DNA of 14,793 nt from a virus. Shown piece after piece: positions 14,434-14,793 of this stretch (its first letter is position 1; the number at the start of each line of letters is the position of its first letter). The position numbers were made by a program, and so were the translations under genes. Location: the UHGV virus genome UHGV-0120184; one strand, given 5' to 3'. Below the pieces are notes generated by a model, which saw only the letters and a list, made by a program, of their open reading frames with translations, did no database searches and was not told where the DNA came from.

Positions 14434-14508
14434 GTGGCGTGGGTCAGCGATACGCTGAAGACGTTTGATTTTGAGCGTCATTCACTGGTGATGCTGGCGT
14501 TGTGGTAA
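14434..14508 (+). pseudogene. Remnant of a paralogue of the 13433..13813 gene (C-terminal ~24 codons only)
   Basis: The translation VAWVSDTLKTFDFERHSLVMLALW* matches VKSWVRSTLDSFDFERKILLLWAWW* at the end of the 126-aa protein. The frame is open only from 14359 and has no start codon. Confidence 0.55.
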
Positions 14509-14600
14509 GTCCGGCCAGTCTGATTTTCGTTATTAATTTAACCGTATGGTGCATGTTCACCGTACGGGGAGCATGCATCTTTTTTATGGAGCGTGCTCTT

Positions 14601-14753
14601 ATGAAAACGAAAAAACATACTTCATGTCCCGTGAACAAAACCCCGGAGCGTGACCTGTATCAGCTGGTGACGGACAGGGTGATTGAGGCCATCGAAAAGG
14701 GCGTAGCCCCCTGGCAACGTCCATGGCGCTCAGTACGGTGTCAGCGCCAGTGA
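14601..14753 (+). pseudogene. ArdC-like (DUF1738-type) anti-restriction/ssDNA-binding protein, N-terminal ~50 codons only; truncated
   Basis: MKTKKHTSCPVNKTPERDLYQLVTDRVIEAIEKGVAPWQRPW matches the hallmark DLYQ.VT..II..LE.G..PW..PW N-terminus. A stop occurs at 14751-14753, whereas full-length proteins are about 300 aa. No frame continues to the window edge. Confidence 0.5.
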
Positions 14754-14793
14754 TATAAGACGGTAATTCACCATTTGGATTGTCCGCTCCACC

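Noticed and set aside
14754-14793. Possible tRNA/tmRNA 3' end or IS terminus at the right edge (the sequence ends ...gtccgctccacc).
   Set aside because: The ending resembles an acceptor-stem plus CCA tail, but I could not build a T-arm from the preceding bases. It also does not match the E. coli ssrA 3' end, or any IS inverted repeat, that I can recall. There is too little sequence to call.

Overview
The left ~7.7 kb is the right arm of a P2-like (Peduovirus-type) prophage. It starts with the 3' part of a tail-fibre-associated gene (+). The sheath, tube, chaperone, tape-measure and gpU block follows on the minus strand (FI, FII, E/E+E' with a T TTT TTG -1 frameshift site, T, U). That block is inverted relative to gpD and the Ogr zinc-finger late activator, which follow on the plus strand.

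The right ~7 kb is a compositionally mosaic accessory region:
(i) A 46-codon Hok/Gef/PndA-like type I toxin ORF, too short for the ORF track, with 3' hairpins and a terminator.
(ii) A two-gene operon of small multi-TM proteins at roughly 30% G+C, joined by an ATGAATAA stop/start overlap.
(iii) The most unusual part: two 245-nt direct repeats (9695-9939 and 12489-12733, 3 T/C transitions apart). They bracket a tyrosine-recombinase-like gene and a convergent paralogue that keeps the recombinase N-domain but has a Cys4 zinc ribbon instead of a catalytic domain. Each repeat holds two tandem 62/60-nt units built from cUUCGg/cUCCGg-capped hairpins, with a compensatory U-A to C-G change between units. 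This looks like a structured RNA (or folded ssDNA) element rather than coding sequence. Both copies sit at a similar offset (roughly 150-200 bp) from the minus-strand gene start in divergent intergenic regions.
(iv) Hairpin-rich leaders, three hypothetical genes, a gene remnant and a truncated ArdC-like N-terminus at the right edge.

All homology statements come from reading the translations and from memory of the families. No searches were run.
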